Origin: a virus
Lineage: Duplodnaviria; Caudoviricetes
Reading direction: 5' to 3' (one strand)
IMG/VR virus record: IMGVR_UViG_3300030430_003806
Span: 1 to 52,809 of that record
DNA length: 52,809 nucleotides
Below are positions 38,780 through 47,069 of the stretch, piece by piece (within the stretch, counting starts at the first letter, position 1; every line of letters starts with the position of its first letter). The position numbers and the translations under genes were made by a program. The notes under the pieces were generated by a model, which was given only the letters and a program-made list of their open reading frames with translations, did not search any database and had not been told where the DNA came from.

Positions 38780-39187
38780 ATGGCAAATATAGACGATTTA
38801 TATAGCAAAAGTTTTGGACAATTAGGTTCAGTTTATGTATCAAGTGGTGGAGCTATAACACCACCCACAAATAAAGTATTTATAGCATTTACTGTGTTAG
38901 AAACTGGCACCACATTTGCTAATCATGGCGGTTTAATAGCCGATACAAATAAAGGTGAAATGCAATATGTTACTACTGAAGATAATTCTGGGGGTGATGT
39001 TTATTCGGGTGGAGCAAATGGTGGCTCACATTCAATTGCAATTGGTTCAGAAACACAAGTGTTTGGTGGAGGTGGACAAGAGTTGGTAGTTGGTCAAACA
39101 TTTCCAGCAGGAGTTACTATATTTGGTAGATATAAAAGAATAGAATTAGGTAGCACAGGGGCGGTCATTGCATATATTGGTGACTGA
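38780..39187 (+). CDS. Small Gly-rich structural protein
   Basis: FPAGVTIFGR...G.VIAYIG C-terminus typical of small virion proteins. Confidence 0.55.
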   Translation: MANIDDLYSKSFGQLGSVYVSSGGAITPPTNKVFIAFTVLETGTTFANHGGLIADTNKGEMQYVTTEDNSGGDVYSGGANGGSHSIAIGSETQVFGGGGQELVVGQTFPAGVTIFGRYKRIELGSTGAVIAYIGD

Positions 39188-40323
39188 TGTTAGGTTTAGC
39201 TACAGCATTAAACTCAAGTAGTCTTAAGAAAAAATCTTCTCTTACAAATAAATTTTCAGCAGAACTTGATGGTACAGGTGATTACATAGATGTTAGCAGT
39301 CTATCAAATGAAATAGATAAAGCTGCAGGAACAATATCTATGTGGATAAGACTTCAAGCTACAAGCGGTAATGAATCTTTTTTTAATTGTAGTGATGGCA
39401 CTAGCAGTGATAATAAGCTTGTTTTAATGTATAATACGGGTAGCGCTAAAATTGAAGCTAAGTACAGATCTGGTGGCACAAGCATGGTAGCTGAGTATTC
39501 TATAGCTGGAGACGATATTACAGCGTTAGGCTGGTTTCATTTAGCTATGACATATAATACAAGCACACCTTTAATACAGTTGTTTTTAAATGGAACAAGA
39601 GTTGCGCAAAAAACATCATCATTTACTCAAATGAGTGAAGATGTAGCAATAGATAGAGTAAGATTAGGATCTAATTCTAATGCAGATAATACATATCACC
39701 ATGGTCATCTAGATGAGTTTATATATATAGGCGGTAAAGATTTAACAGAATCAGAAATGTTATTATTATATAATAGTGGTAAACCAGACGATATAGGTGA
39801 TTTACCATCAGCAATATATAGTGCTATAAGGTGTTGGTTGCGTTTTGGAGATGGACAGATTGATGGAGATGCAGATCAATTGACAGCTATTTTTGATAAC
39901 AAAAATCTTTCAGTGGATAGTGATATTATAGATAACGGTGATTTTAGTAATAATCTTACAAATTGGACAGATAATGGTGTTGATGTTTCTAATGGTGTTG
40001 TAAACTTTAATCATAATTCAGATTATATTTTTCAAAACCATGGCGCATCATTTACAGTTGGAAAGATTTATAGAGTTAAAACAGAAGGATCGGGTTCTTT
40101 AAGATTTAGATATGGTTTTGCTAACACAGCAGGCACACTTAGACCATTTACTGTTGGAACTGTGTTATATTTTACAGCAGATAGTGACAGTAATAGAATA
40201 CAGTTTTATGGTAGTGCTTCACCCTCAAACGCTACACTATCTAATGTTATAGTTCAAAAATTAAATGGAAATACTGGTTTTTGTGTAGCAGACTCAACAG
40301 TAGGAAATAATAATGTACCATAA
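39187..40323 (+). CDS. LamG/concanavalin A-like domain protein with a C-terminal carbohydrate-binding-like module (putative receptor-binding protein)
   Basis: LDGTGDYI, TISMWI, WFHLAMTY, LFLNG, GHLDEF and LYNSG, then IIDNGDFS. Confidence 0.8.
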   Translation: MLGLATALNSSSLKKKSSLTNKFSAELDGTGDYIDVSSLSNEIDKAAGTISMWIRLQATSGNESFFNCSDGTSSDNKLVLMYNTGSAKIEAKYRSGGTSMVAEYSIAGDDITALGWFHLAMTYNTSTPLIQLFLNGTRVAQKTSSFTQMSEDVAIDRVRLGSNSNADNTYHHGHLDEFIYIGGKDLTESEMLLLYNSGKPDDIGDLPSAIYSAIRCWLRFGDGQIDGDADQLTAIFDNKNLSVDSDIIDNGDFSNNLTNWTDNGVDVSNGVVNFNHNSDYIFQNHGASFTVGKIYRVKTEGSGSLRFRYGFANTAGTLRPFTVGTVLYFTADSDSNRIQFYGSASPSNATLSNVIVQKLNGNTGFCVADSTVGNNNVP

Positions 40324-40325
40324 TT

Positions 40326-40583
40326 ATGTATAATAATAAAACATATGTAATATTAGATGCATCTGATTTAGAAAAAGTAGATTCAAATGGTGATCCATTA
40401 TTTGATTTTTCTGATGTTTTAAACATTTCTAAATATTATTTAAGGTATAATTTAGCTGGAGATAAAGCTTTAGTTAAATACGAAGGTGATACACCTGAAT
40501 CATTAAAAGATAAAGTAAAATATACACATGAAGAAATATTAACTATTGTTAGTGGATCAGATTGGTTAAGCAACGATGAATAA
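40326..40583 (+). CDS. Small acidic protein associated with the LamG gene
   Basis: 85 aa; DFSDV...LRY...KALVKYEGDTP...YTHEEIL. Confidence 0.65.
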   Translation: MYNNKTYVILDASDLEKVDSNGDPLFDFSDVLNISKYYLRYNLAGDKALVKYEGDTPESLKDKVKYTHEEILTIVSGSDWLSNDE

Positions 40584-41604
40584 ACTTATATTTATATTAT
40601 TGATAATTAGCTTTTCTACTGAAGCTCAGATAAATAAATATTTAAAATTTTCTACATTCTATGTAGCTGCAAATGGAGGGACATCAATATCTGATGTTGA
40701 TGTATATTCAATTCAAGACGGGCTACAAACATCTACAATACAGACACCATATGACTATAATTTATCACTAGGAGTAAGAAAGATAGCAAGGTTTGGTTAT
40801 GAAAATAGAGCTCAAACTTTTTATGATGGCACAGAAACATCATGGTCTGATGCAGCTACACTTGGCAAGGTTAGTGGTCTAGAGTTTTTATTTGAGTTCA
40901 ATAAAAAAAGACAAGAAGGTGATGATTATCTAGATCAACACTATTTTATAAGATATGTTGACAATGATTGGCTAACAAAAGTAGAGTATCTACAAGACGG
41001 ATTTGCAGATATACAATACTATGAAGCATCACAAAGATATAGATATAAATACAACAAACACTTATCATTTAATATTGGTGCTGTTCAACGTATAGCAGAA
41101 CCCTATGGTTATGATCCGCTTTCTGAATGGTTACTTGATAACGGAGATATACATTACACATATTTAGCAATACAAGAGGGATACACAATAGATGTTCATA
41201 ATAGCGAGTATAAAGATCCAAATGGAAATATAGTGGCAACATCATCAGATGTTTGGAAAGAAATAATAATACCTGGAGTATTAAGAGATTATGTTGAAAG
41301 AAAAAGAGATGAATTACCTGCACAATGGAATCACTCTTTAGTTGTTGGATATGATTATTATTATTATACAAAAATGTTTTGGTTACATTCTTGGGCTAAC
41401 CTATTACCATGGCACTATGATGCGGGTAATGAATATAGCTATCATAAATATAATAATGGTCAGTGGTTAGATTATTCTGGTGGAGTAATATTTGGTTATA
41501 AGTATAGTAAACAATTAGGATTATTTGCTGAAGGTAAGTATAATAAATACTGGAATAGGGAATGGTATGATTTTAAATTAGGTGTTAATTATATATTATT
41601 ATGA
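40576..41604 (+). CDS. Exported, aromatic-rich, beta-barrel-like outer-membrane protein
   Basis: Signal peptide ending TEA-Q; alternating hydrophobic strands; C-terminal YDFKLGVNYILL resembles a BAM beta-signal. Confidence 0.7.
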   Translation: MNKLIFILLIISFSTEAQINKYLKFSTFYVAANGGTSISDVDVYSIQDGLQTSTIQTPYDYNLSLGVRKIARFGYENRAQTFYDGTETSWSDAATLGKVSGLEFLFEFNKKRQEGDDYLDQHYFIRYVDNDWLTKVEYLQDGFADIQYYEASQRYRYKYNKHLSFNIGAVQRIAEPYGYDPLSEWLLDNGDIHYTYLAIQEGYTIDVHNSEYKDPNGNIVATSSDVWKEIIIPGVLRDYVERKRDELPAQWNHSLVVGYDYYYYTKMFWLHSWANLLPWHYDAGNEYSYHKYNNGQWLDYSGGVIFGYKYSKQLGLFAEGKYNKYWNREWYDFKLGVNYILL

Positions 41605-41771
41605 AAGTAAATTGGATAAATGGCTACAAGGCCAATAATAAAAAAGAAGTATACAGAATAGAATTTAGACTTGGTACAATGACATTATTTTATGTTCATT
41701 ACTGTGCTTGTGTCGGTGGAACGTGTTCAAGATTTAGATTAATGTTGTTTAACTTTGGAATAGAATTATAA
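41601..41771 (+). CDS. 56-aa Cys-containing microprotein (absent from the ORF track)
   Basis: Hand translation MKVNWINGYKANNKKEVYRIEFRLGTMTLFYVHYCACVGGTCSRFRLMLFNFGIEL; ATGA overlap upstream and TAATG overlap downstream. Confidence 0.7.
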   Translation: MKVNWINGYKANNKKEVYRIEFRLGTMTLFYVHYCACVGGTCSRFRLMLFNFGIEL

Positions 41772-42052
41772 TGTCAAAAGAACTAAATGAAGATACTAGT
41801 TTTAAAGTAAGTGTAAAAACTTTAATAGCAATAGGGGCTGGTCTATCAGCTTTAATAGGCATGTGGTTTACGTTACAGGCAGATATAGCTGAAGCTAAAG
41901 AACTACCTGTATCTACACCAGAAGTTACTCGCATGGAGTTTGATATGAAAGATCAAATGATTAGACAATCAATAATCAACACTGAGGCTAATGTTAAAAA
42001 ACTTGAAGAAAGAATGATAAGAATGGAGGATAAAATAGATAAGCTGAGATGA
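41771..42052 (+). CDS. Single-pass membrane protein with a C-terminal coiled coil
   Basis: LIAIGAGLSALIGMWFTL TM segment; VKKLEERMIRMEDKIDKL heptads. Confidence 0.75.
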   Translation: MSKELNEDTSFKVSVKTLIAIGAGLSALIGMWFTLQADIAEAKELPVSTPEVTRMEFDMKDQMIRQSIINTEANVKKLEERMIRMEDKIDKLR

Positions 42053-42387
42053 AAAAATGTTTGAAATTTTTATTTGTATTATTTTTATTTACGGTATATA
42101 CAGAATGTTGTTTTTCACAGATCACAGCGATTTACTTTAATGCATCTTGGAATGCTGCGAATGAAGTTGTTTGGTTTGATAAATTAAATGATGTAGAAAA
42201 AGAAACTATGGATATTGGTAAAGGTGATTGTCAACAGAAATATAAAATAGCAGTAGTTCCTACGATCTTACTTATGAAGGACGGAGAGGAAGTTAAAAGA
42301 TTTCAGGCTGATTTAAGCTTTAAATTAATGGCTACTAAAAAAGAAATACAGAATATAATTGATGAACTATTAATGGAAGATTTCTAA
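42049..42387 (+). CDS. Exported thioredoxin-fold protein lacking CxxC
   Basis: Signal peptide ending CFS-Q; YFNASWN in place of FxAxWC; KYKIAVVPTILLMKDGEEVKRF matches the thioredoxin cis-Pro region. Confidence 0.75.
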   Translation: MKKCLKFLFVLFLFTVYTECCFSQITAIYFNASWNAANEVVWFDKLNDVEKETMDIGKGDCQQKYKIAVVPTILLMKDGEEVKRFQADLSFKLMATKKEIQNIIDELLMEDF

Positions 42388-44720
42388 TGAAAAAATTTAT
42401 ATTTATATTATTGATATTACAAGCTTGCGTTGCACCAAAAGAATGTTGTGGTCAAAATACGTGGGTTAACTTCAGAGTAATGTTTGATTTTTATGGACCA
42501 CAAGAGTCTAATTTCTTTATGGTATCAAACACCAATGGCGATACTGCAATGTATCATCAACCAACAACACCTTATGAATATATAGATACAATAATATTTT
42601 TAACTTCAGGACAATATACAGTTACACTAAACGATTCTTATGGTGATGGGTGGGTATCAAACCAACCTTCTTGGTTTGAAATGCGTAATCCATGTCAAGG
42701 TCAGATAATAAATTGGAATCCATTAGTTGATCCATTTTTTATCAGAGATACTGTCGTAAATATTTTACCTTGTCCCCCACCTAATCCACCTGCTCCACCA
42801 GTATGTGAGCTTACAATAATTAATATAAACCTAGATCAGTTTCCAGAAGAAACATCTTGGGATATTGTAGATAGTTTAGGCAATACAATTATATCAGGAG
42901 GTACATATCCCAACGCACCAAACTATCAACCACAATTTATTCTTAACTGTTTACCAGTGGGTGAACTTACATTTACTATTTATGACACATATGGCGATGG
43001 CCTTCAAGGATCTCTTTGGGGTGGGCAAGACGGATCGTATTATGTAATACAATGCGAAGACACCCTTGTATACGGAACAGTAGCTAACTTTGGTAGTGAT
43101 ACAAGTCATGTATTTATAAGCGATACATGTATACCACCACCACCTGTATATGGGTGTACAGATGATGATTATGTAGAATACAATCCTCTTGCAACAATAG
43201 AAGACAGTAGCTGTGTTACTTTAAAAATATATGGATGTACAGACAGCACTATGTTTAACTATGATAGTTTAGCTAATACAATAGAAAATATAGATCGTTG
43301 TACATATGATCTAATATTACATGATTTAGTAGGGAATGGTTGGGTTGGAACAAGACTTGAAATTTATCAAGAAGATGATACATCATTATTTTTTATGACA
43401 AATGGTTTTAATCAATACTTTACTATTGATTTATATGCTGTAGAAGAAGTAAGTGCAAAACTATTTGTAAGTCAACAAGCGCAAAACACTGCTCTTGAAT
43501 GTGGTTTTACACTAATTAATCCATACGGGGATACTGCATTAAGCATTAGACCACCTTTTGTTGTTCCATTTAAACTATACGAAGGCGAAACATATTGCGG
43601 TAATACATGTGAAGAAAAAATTTATGGGTGTATAGATTCTCTTGCATTTAACTATGTGGATACAGCAAACGTAGGAACAGCATGTTACTATTATCCAGGA
43701 TGTATATCGCCTGCCTATCTTGAATATCATGTAGATACAACAAATGGATATTTTACGGACATAAATATACAAGATAGCTGTATAACATTAGCTGTATTTG
43801 GATGTATGGACGACACTATGTCAAACTATAATATATTAGCTAATGTAGATAATGGCGGATGTATACCTTATGTATATGGGTGTATGGATCCTTTGATGTT
43901 TAATTATAACGCTTTAGCTACAGCGCCAGATACATGTATACCATATCTTTATGGGTGTACAGATCCAACTATGTACAACTATGATCCGTTTGCAAATACA
44001 GATAATGGATCATGCGAGCCCTATGTATATGGTTGCACAGATAGTACAATGTTTAATTATAATCCCTTAGCCAATGCTGACAATAATACTTGCGTGCCTT
44101 ATATCTATGGTTGCACTGATCCTAGCATGCTCAACTACAACCCACAAGCGAATACAGAAGATTTCAGTTGCATACCTTACATTTACGGTTGTACTGATAG
44201 TACTGCCTTTAATTATGATTCAACAGCTAATACTGATAATGGTTCGTGTGAAGCTGTTGTACAAGGATGTATGGACCAATCAGCATATAACTATGACGTT
44301 ACGGCTAATGTTAGTGACAGTGCTAACTGCCTTTTTGATGCTGGTTGCATCACTGGTCCTGGTTCCCCTTATTGGTTGAACGATCCTTGTTATGCTTGGG
44401 TAATAGATGTAGATGAATATTGTTGTGAAAATGAATGGGACACTATTTGTCAAAGCACATATAATTATTGTTATAATAATTGGAGTGGTCCGATACTAAC
44501 TAGACAAATAGCAGATCTTGATATATATCCTAATCCAACAAAAGGTAAAATATATTTTAGTAAATTTGTAAATGTTGTATTATACAACATATCAGGACAA
44601 GAGCTCAAAAGAAAAAAGAAAGTACAGGAGTTAGATTTATCTAACATGGAAGAAGGACTATATTTAATTGAATTAGAATACAATGAAAATGTATTCATAA
44701 ACAAAATTATTAAACGTTGA
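42387..44720 (+). CDS. Secreted Cys-repeat protein with a type IX secretion (T9SS) C-terminal sorting domain
   Basis: Signal peptide; three DxYGDG-like domains; 11 GC(T/M/I)D-type repeats; C-terminal IYPNPT...LYNISGQ...LDLSN...GLYLI...KIIK. Confidence 0.85.
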   Translation: MKKFIFILLILQACVAPKECCGQNTWVNFRVMFDFYGPQESNFFMVSNTNGDTAMYHQPTTPYEYIDTIIFLTSGQYTVTLNDSYGDGWVSNQPSWFEMRNPCQGQIINWNPLVDPFFIRDTVVNILPCPPPNPPAPPVCELTIININLDQFPEETSWDIVDSLGNTIISGGTYPNAPNYQPQFILNCLPVGELTFTIYDTYGDGLQGSLWGGQDGSYYVIQCEDTLVYGTVANFGSDTSHVFISDTCIPPPPVYGCTDDDYVEYNPLATIEDSSCVTLKIYGCTDSTMFNYDSLANTIENIDRCTYDLILHDLVGNGWVGTRLEIYQEDDTSLFFMTNGFNQYFTIDLYAVEEVSAKLFVSQQAQNTALECGFTLINPYGDTALSIRPPFVVPFKLYEGETYCGNTCEEKIYGCIDSLAFNYVDTANVGTACYYYPGCISPAYLEYHVDTTNGYFTDINIQDSCITLAVFGCMDDTMSNYNILANVDNGGCIPYVYGCMDPLMFNYNALATAPDTCIPYLYGCTDPTMYNYDPFANTDNGSCEPYVYGCTDSTMFNYNPLANADNNTCVPYIYGCTDPSMLNYNPQANTEDFSCIPYIYGCTDSTAFNYDSTANTDNGSCEAVVQGCMDQSAYNYDVTANVSDSANCLFDAGCITGPGSPYWLNDPCYAWVIDVDEYCCENEWDTICQSTYNYCYNNWSGPILTRQIADLDIYPNPTKGKIYFSKFVNVVLYNISGQELKRKKKVQELDLSNMEEGLYLIELEYNENVFINKIIKR
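43148..44330 (+). repeat. Intragenic array of about 25-aa YGCTDxxxxNYxxxANxDxxxC repeats
   Basis: 11 copies counted in the translation, seven of them back to back; boundaries approximate. Confidence 0.85.
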
Positions 44721-44938
44721 GTTTTCTAAACATCTTTAAAGACAATAATAATTATAATGAAAAAACTATAATTGGGTTTATAGCTTTTTTAATAATGTGT
44801 GTAATTATGATTGCTGACTTACTTACAGGTTGGTTTGGTAAAGATCTTATCATTAACGAGTTTGTATATGATTCATTTACTTTGATCGTATTAGGGTGTT
44901 TCGGAATAGCTGGACTAGAAAAATTTGCAAAAAAATAA
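44717..44938 (+). CDS. Two-TM membrane protein, holin-like
   Basis: 73 aa with two hydrophobic helices and a basic C-terminus; TTG start overlaps the upstream stop. Confidence 0.55.
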   Translation: MSFLNIFKDNNNYNEKTIIGFIAFLIMCVIMIADLLTGWFGKDLIINEFVYDSFTLIVLGCFGIAGLEKFAKK

Positions 44939-45099
44939 TGGCTAGAAAAACAGTAAAAGCACCTGCAGGATTTCATTGGATGAAAAAAGGTAATAATACA
45001 TATAAGTTAATGAAACATACAGGTAAATTTAAAGCACACAGAGGAGCTAGTTTAAGCGCTAGTTTTGATGTACAGAAGGTTCACAGAAAAAAAAGTTAA
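44938..45099 (+). CDS. Basic microprotein (53 aa)
   Basis: Start re-assigned to ATG 44938 (TAATG overlap): MARKTVKAPAGFHWMKKG... Confidence 0.7.
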   Translation: MARKTVKAPAGFHWMKKGNNTYKLMKHTGKFKAHRGASLSASFDVQKVHRKKS

Positions 45100-45100
45100 T

Positions 45101-45265
45101 ATGCCAAAAGACGCTTGTTATTATAAAGTAAAAGCTAGATATGGACCAAAGACTTCCGCATACAGGAGTGGTGCAATGGCTAAATGTAGAAAAGTTGGTG
45201 CAGCTAACTGGGGTAATAAATCCAAAAAGAAAGCATCACAAGGTATGAGATTCCAACACGATTAG
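45101..45265 (+). CDS. Basic microprotein (54 aa) of the DACYxKVK...SAYxSGA...CRK type seen in marine phages
   Basis: Start re-assigned to ATG 45101; ends RFQHD. Confidence 0.7.
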   Translation: MPKDACYYKVKARYGPKTSAYRSGAMAKCRKVGAANWGNKSKKKASQGMRFQHD

Positions 45266-45266
45266 T

Positions 45267-45524
45267 ATGGCTGTAAGAAAAACAAAAGCTGGACTAAGAT
45301 TAAAGCGTTGGTTTAAGGAAGACTGGAGAACACCTTCAGGTGAAAAAGATTATAGTAAAGGAGAAAATACATTTAGACCTACTAAACGTATAAGTAAAGA
45401 TACACCAAAGACTTGGAGTGAGTTAAGTCCTGGAGAAAAAAGAGCAGCTGCAAGAGAGAAAAAGAAAAAAGGTAGAGTTAGTAGATATAAAGGTGGAGGT
45501 AAATTTTTAAGACAACTAGATTAA
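45267..45524 (+). CDS. Basic protein, DUF5872-like (LKRWFKEDW)
   Basis: LKRWFKEDW...FRPTKRISKDTPKTWSEL; ends LRQLD. Confidence 0.7.
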   Translation: MAVRKTKAGLRLKRWFKEDWRTPSGEKDYSKGENTFRPTKRISKDTPKTWSELSPGEKRAAAREKKKKGRVSRYKGGGKFLRQLD

Positions 45525-45534
45525 ATTTAATATT

Positions 45535-45849
45535 ATGAAACATAAAATGAAAAAAAAGAAAATGTATAAAAAAGGCGGTATGCTTAAACCAGTTGATAAA
45601 AAAAAGAATCCTGGTTTAGCAAAACTTCCTAAAGATGTTAGAAATAACATGGGCTTTATGATGTATGGAGGTAAGGTTAAGAAAGCTCCAGGCGGCATGA
45701 TGATGAAAAAAAGAATGATGAACTATGCTGGTGGTGGTAAAATGCTTAACGGAATGTCTATGCAAAAAGCCGCTAAAGGAATGAAAATGGACTATGGTCA
45801 TGGTGGTATGATGAATAAGCCAGGACAAGGTTTGAAACAGCTTGACTAA
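45535..45849 (+). CDS. Met/Lys/Gly-rich basic protein with repeated xxxGG motifs
   Basis: YKKGG, MMYGG, APGG, YAGGG and YGHGG; NPGLAKLPKDVRNNMGF core; ends LKQLD. Confidence 0.75.
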   Translation: MKHKMKKKKMYKKGGMLKPVDKKKNPGLAKLPKDVRNNMGFMMYGGKVKKAPGGMMMKKRMMNYAGGGKMLNGMSMQKAAKGMKMDYGHGGMMNKPGQGLKQLD

Positions 45850-46196
45850 TGCCAGAGAACCCTATTAGACGTACAATAGGTAAGGGTGGCAACTATCGTA
45901 AAACAAAGTCTGGAGCTGGCATGACTCGTAAGGGTGTTGCTGCATATAGGAGAGCAAACCCTGGTAGCAAGCTGAAGACTGCAGTAACAGGTAAGGTTAA
46001 GCCTGGTAGTAAAGCTGCTAAACGTAGAAAGTCGTATTGCGCTAGAAGTTTAGGGCAACTAAAACGTAGTAGTGCTAAAACTAGAAATAATCCAAACTCA
46101 AGAATAAGACAAGCAAGACGTAGGTGGAAATGTGAACATGGTTGTGCAATGCCTGCAAGATCAGGATCTAGAGCTATGTATAGACAATTAGACTAA
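45849..46196 (+). CDS. Basic protein, DUF6321-like
   Basis: GMTRKGVAAYRRANPGSKLKTAVT...RRKSYCARS...RRRWKC; ends YRQLD. Confidence 0.75.
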   Translation: MPENPIRRTIGKGGNYRKTKSGAGMTRKGVAAYRRANPGSKLKTAVTGKVKPGSKAAKRRKSYCARSLGQLKRSSAKTRNNPNSRIRQARRRWKCEHGCAMPARSGSRAMYRQLD

Positions 46197-46396
46197 TGGC
46201 AGTATTAACAACAATAAATAATATACCAGTCTTTAGTACAGTACAAGAAGCTTTGAACTGGGCAGCATCTAATAATTTATCTGGATATCATACACATATG
46301 GTGAATGGCCAGATAGGATATATGGGTGGACCAACACATGGACAGGCTGCAGGATCGTCACAAGGATTAAGAGGTAGTAATCAATCTAGTTACTAA
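46196..46396 (+). CDS. His-motif microprotein
   Basis: GYHTH...GYM...H, a possible metal-binding module; TAATG overlaps on both sides. Confidence 0.65.
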   Translation: MAVLTTINNIPVFSTVQEALNWAASNNLSGYHTHMVNGQIGYMGGPTHGQAAGSSQGLRGSNQSSY

Positions 46397-46788
46397 TGAG
46401 TTTATTAGGTAAAATTTTTAGTTCAGGTGCTAGTGATTTGGTAAAAAATGTAGGTGGTGTAATAGATAATTTACACACATCTAAAGAAGAAAAATTAGAA
46501 GCACAGCGTAAACTTCAAGAGTTAGTTGCTAACTATGAGGTTGAAATGGAAAAAAATGTAACTGACAGATGGAAGTCAGATATGAATAGTGACTCTTGGT
46601 TAAGTAAAAATGTAAGACCATTAGTTTTAATATTTTTAGTAGTAAGTACAGTGCTTATGATATTTATAGATGCAGGAAGTATAAGTTTTTCTGTTGAAGA
46701 AAAATGGACTGATTTATTACAAATAACTTTAATTACAGTAATTGGTGCATATTTTGGTGGCAGATCATTGGAAAAGCGTAAGAGATGA
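46396..46788 (+). CDS. Holin, GTA 3TM holin-like family
   Basis: IDNLHTSKEEK...RWKSDMNSDSWLSKNVRP, two TM helices and YFGGRSLEK. Confidence 0.75.
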   Translation: MSLLGKIFSSGASDLVKNVGGVIDNLHTSKEEKLEAQRKLQELVANYEVEMEKNVTDRWKSDMNSDSWLSKNVRPLVLIFLVVSTVLMIFIDAGSISFSVEEKWTDLLQITLITVIGAYFGGRSLEKRKR

Positions 46789-47057
46789 AATTCAAATGGT
46801 TAGTGAAAACAGATGATGAAATATATCATGAGTCTATGCAAAATGCATATATATTACTAACACAACAAATTACATTTGATGAGCTTATAGATTACAATGG
46901 TTGCAACCTTCCATTTCATCCAAGAAAAAAAATAACAAAAAAAATATATAGTTCACTTATTAATTATTTTTGTGAGCTAGAAGAATACGAAAAATGCGCT
47001 CAACTAAAAAGCGTTATGGATTCAGATAACTATGATAAAAATTTATTAAATTTGTAA
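46785..47057 (+). CDS. Small protein with a UVR-like C-terminal helical hairpin
   Basis: YFCELEEYEKCAQLK. Confidence 0.6.
   Translation: MKFKWLVKTDDEIYHESMQNAYILLTQQITFDELIDYNGCNLPFHPRKKITKKIYSSLINYFCELEEYEKCAQLKSVMDSDNYDKNLLNL
47039..47054 (+). promoter_or_regulatory. Late promoter motif AAATTTAT-TAAATTTG
   Basis: TAnnTTTG at 47047-47054, upstream of ATG 47070. Confidence 0.65.
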
Positions 47058-47069
47058 AAACTTAAAAAA

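Noticed and set aside
42387-42450. Lipoprotein (LQAC lipobox) or o-spanin reading of the 777-aa protein
   Set aside because: The size, the T9SS-type C-terminus and a Gln after CCG fit signal peptidase I cleavage better; not fully excluded without SignalP.
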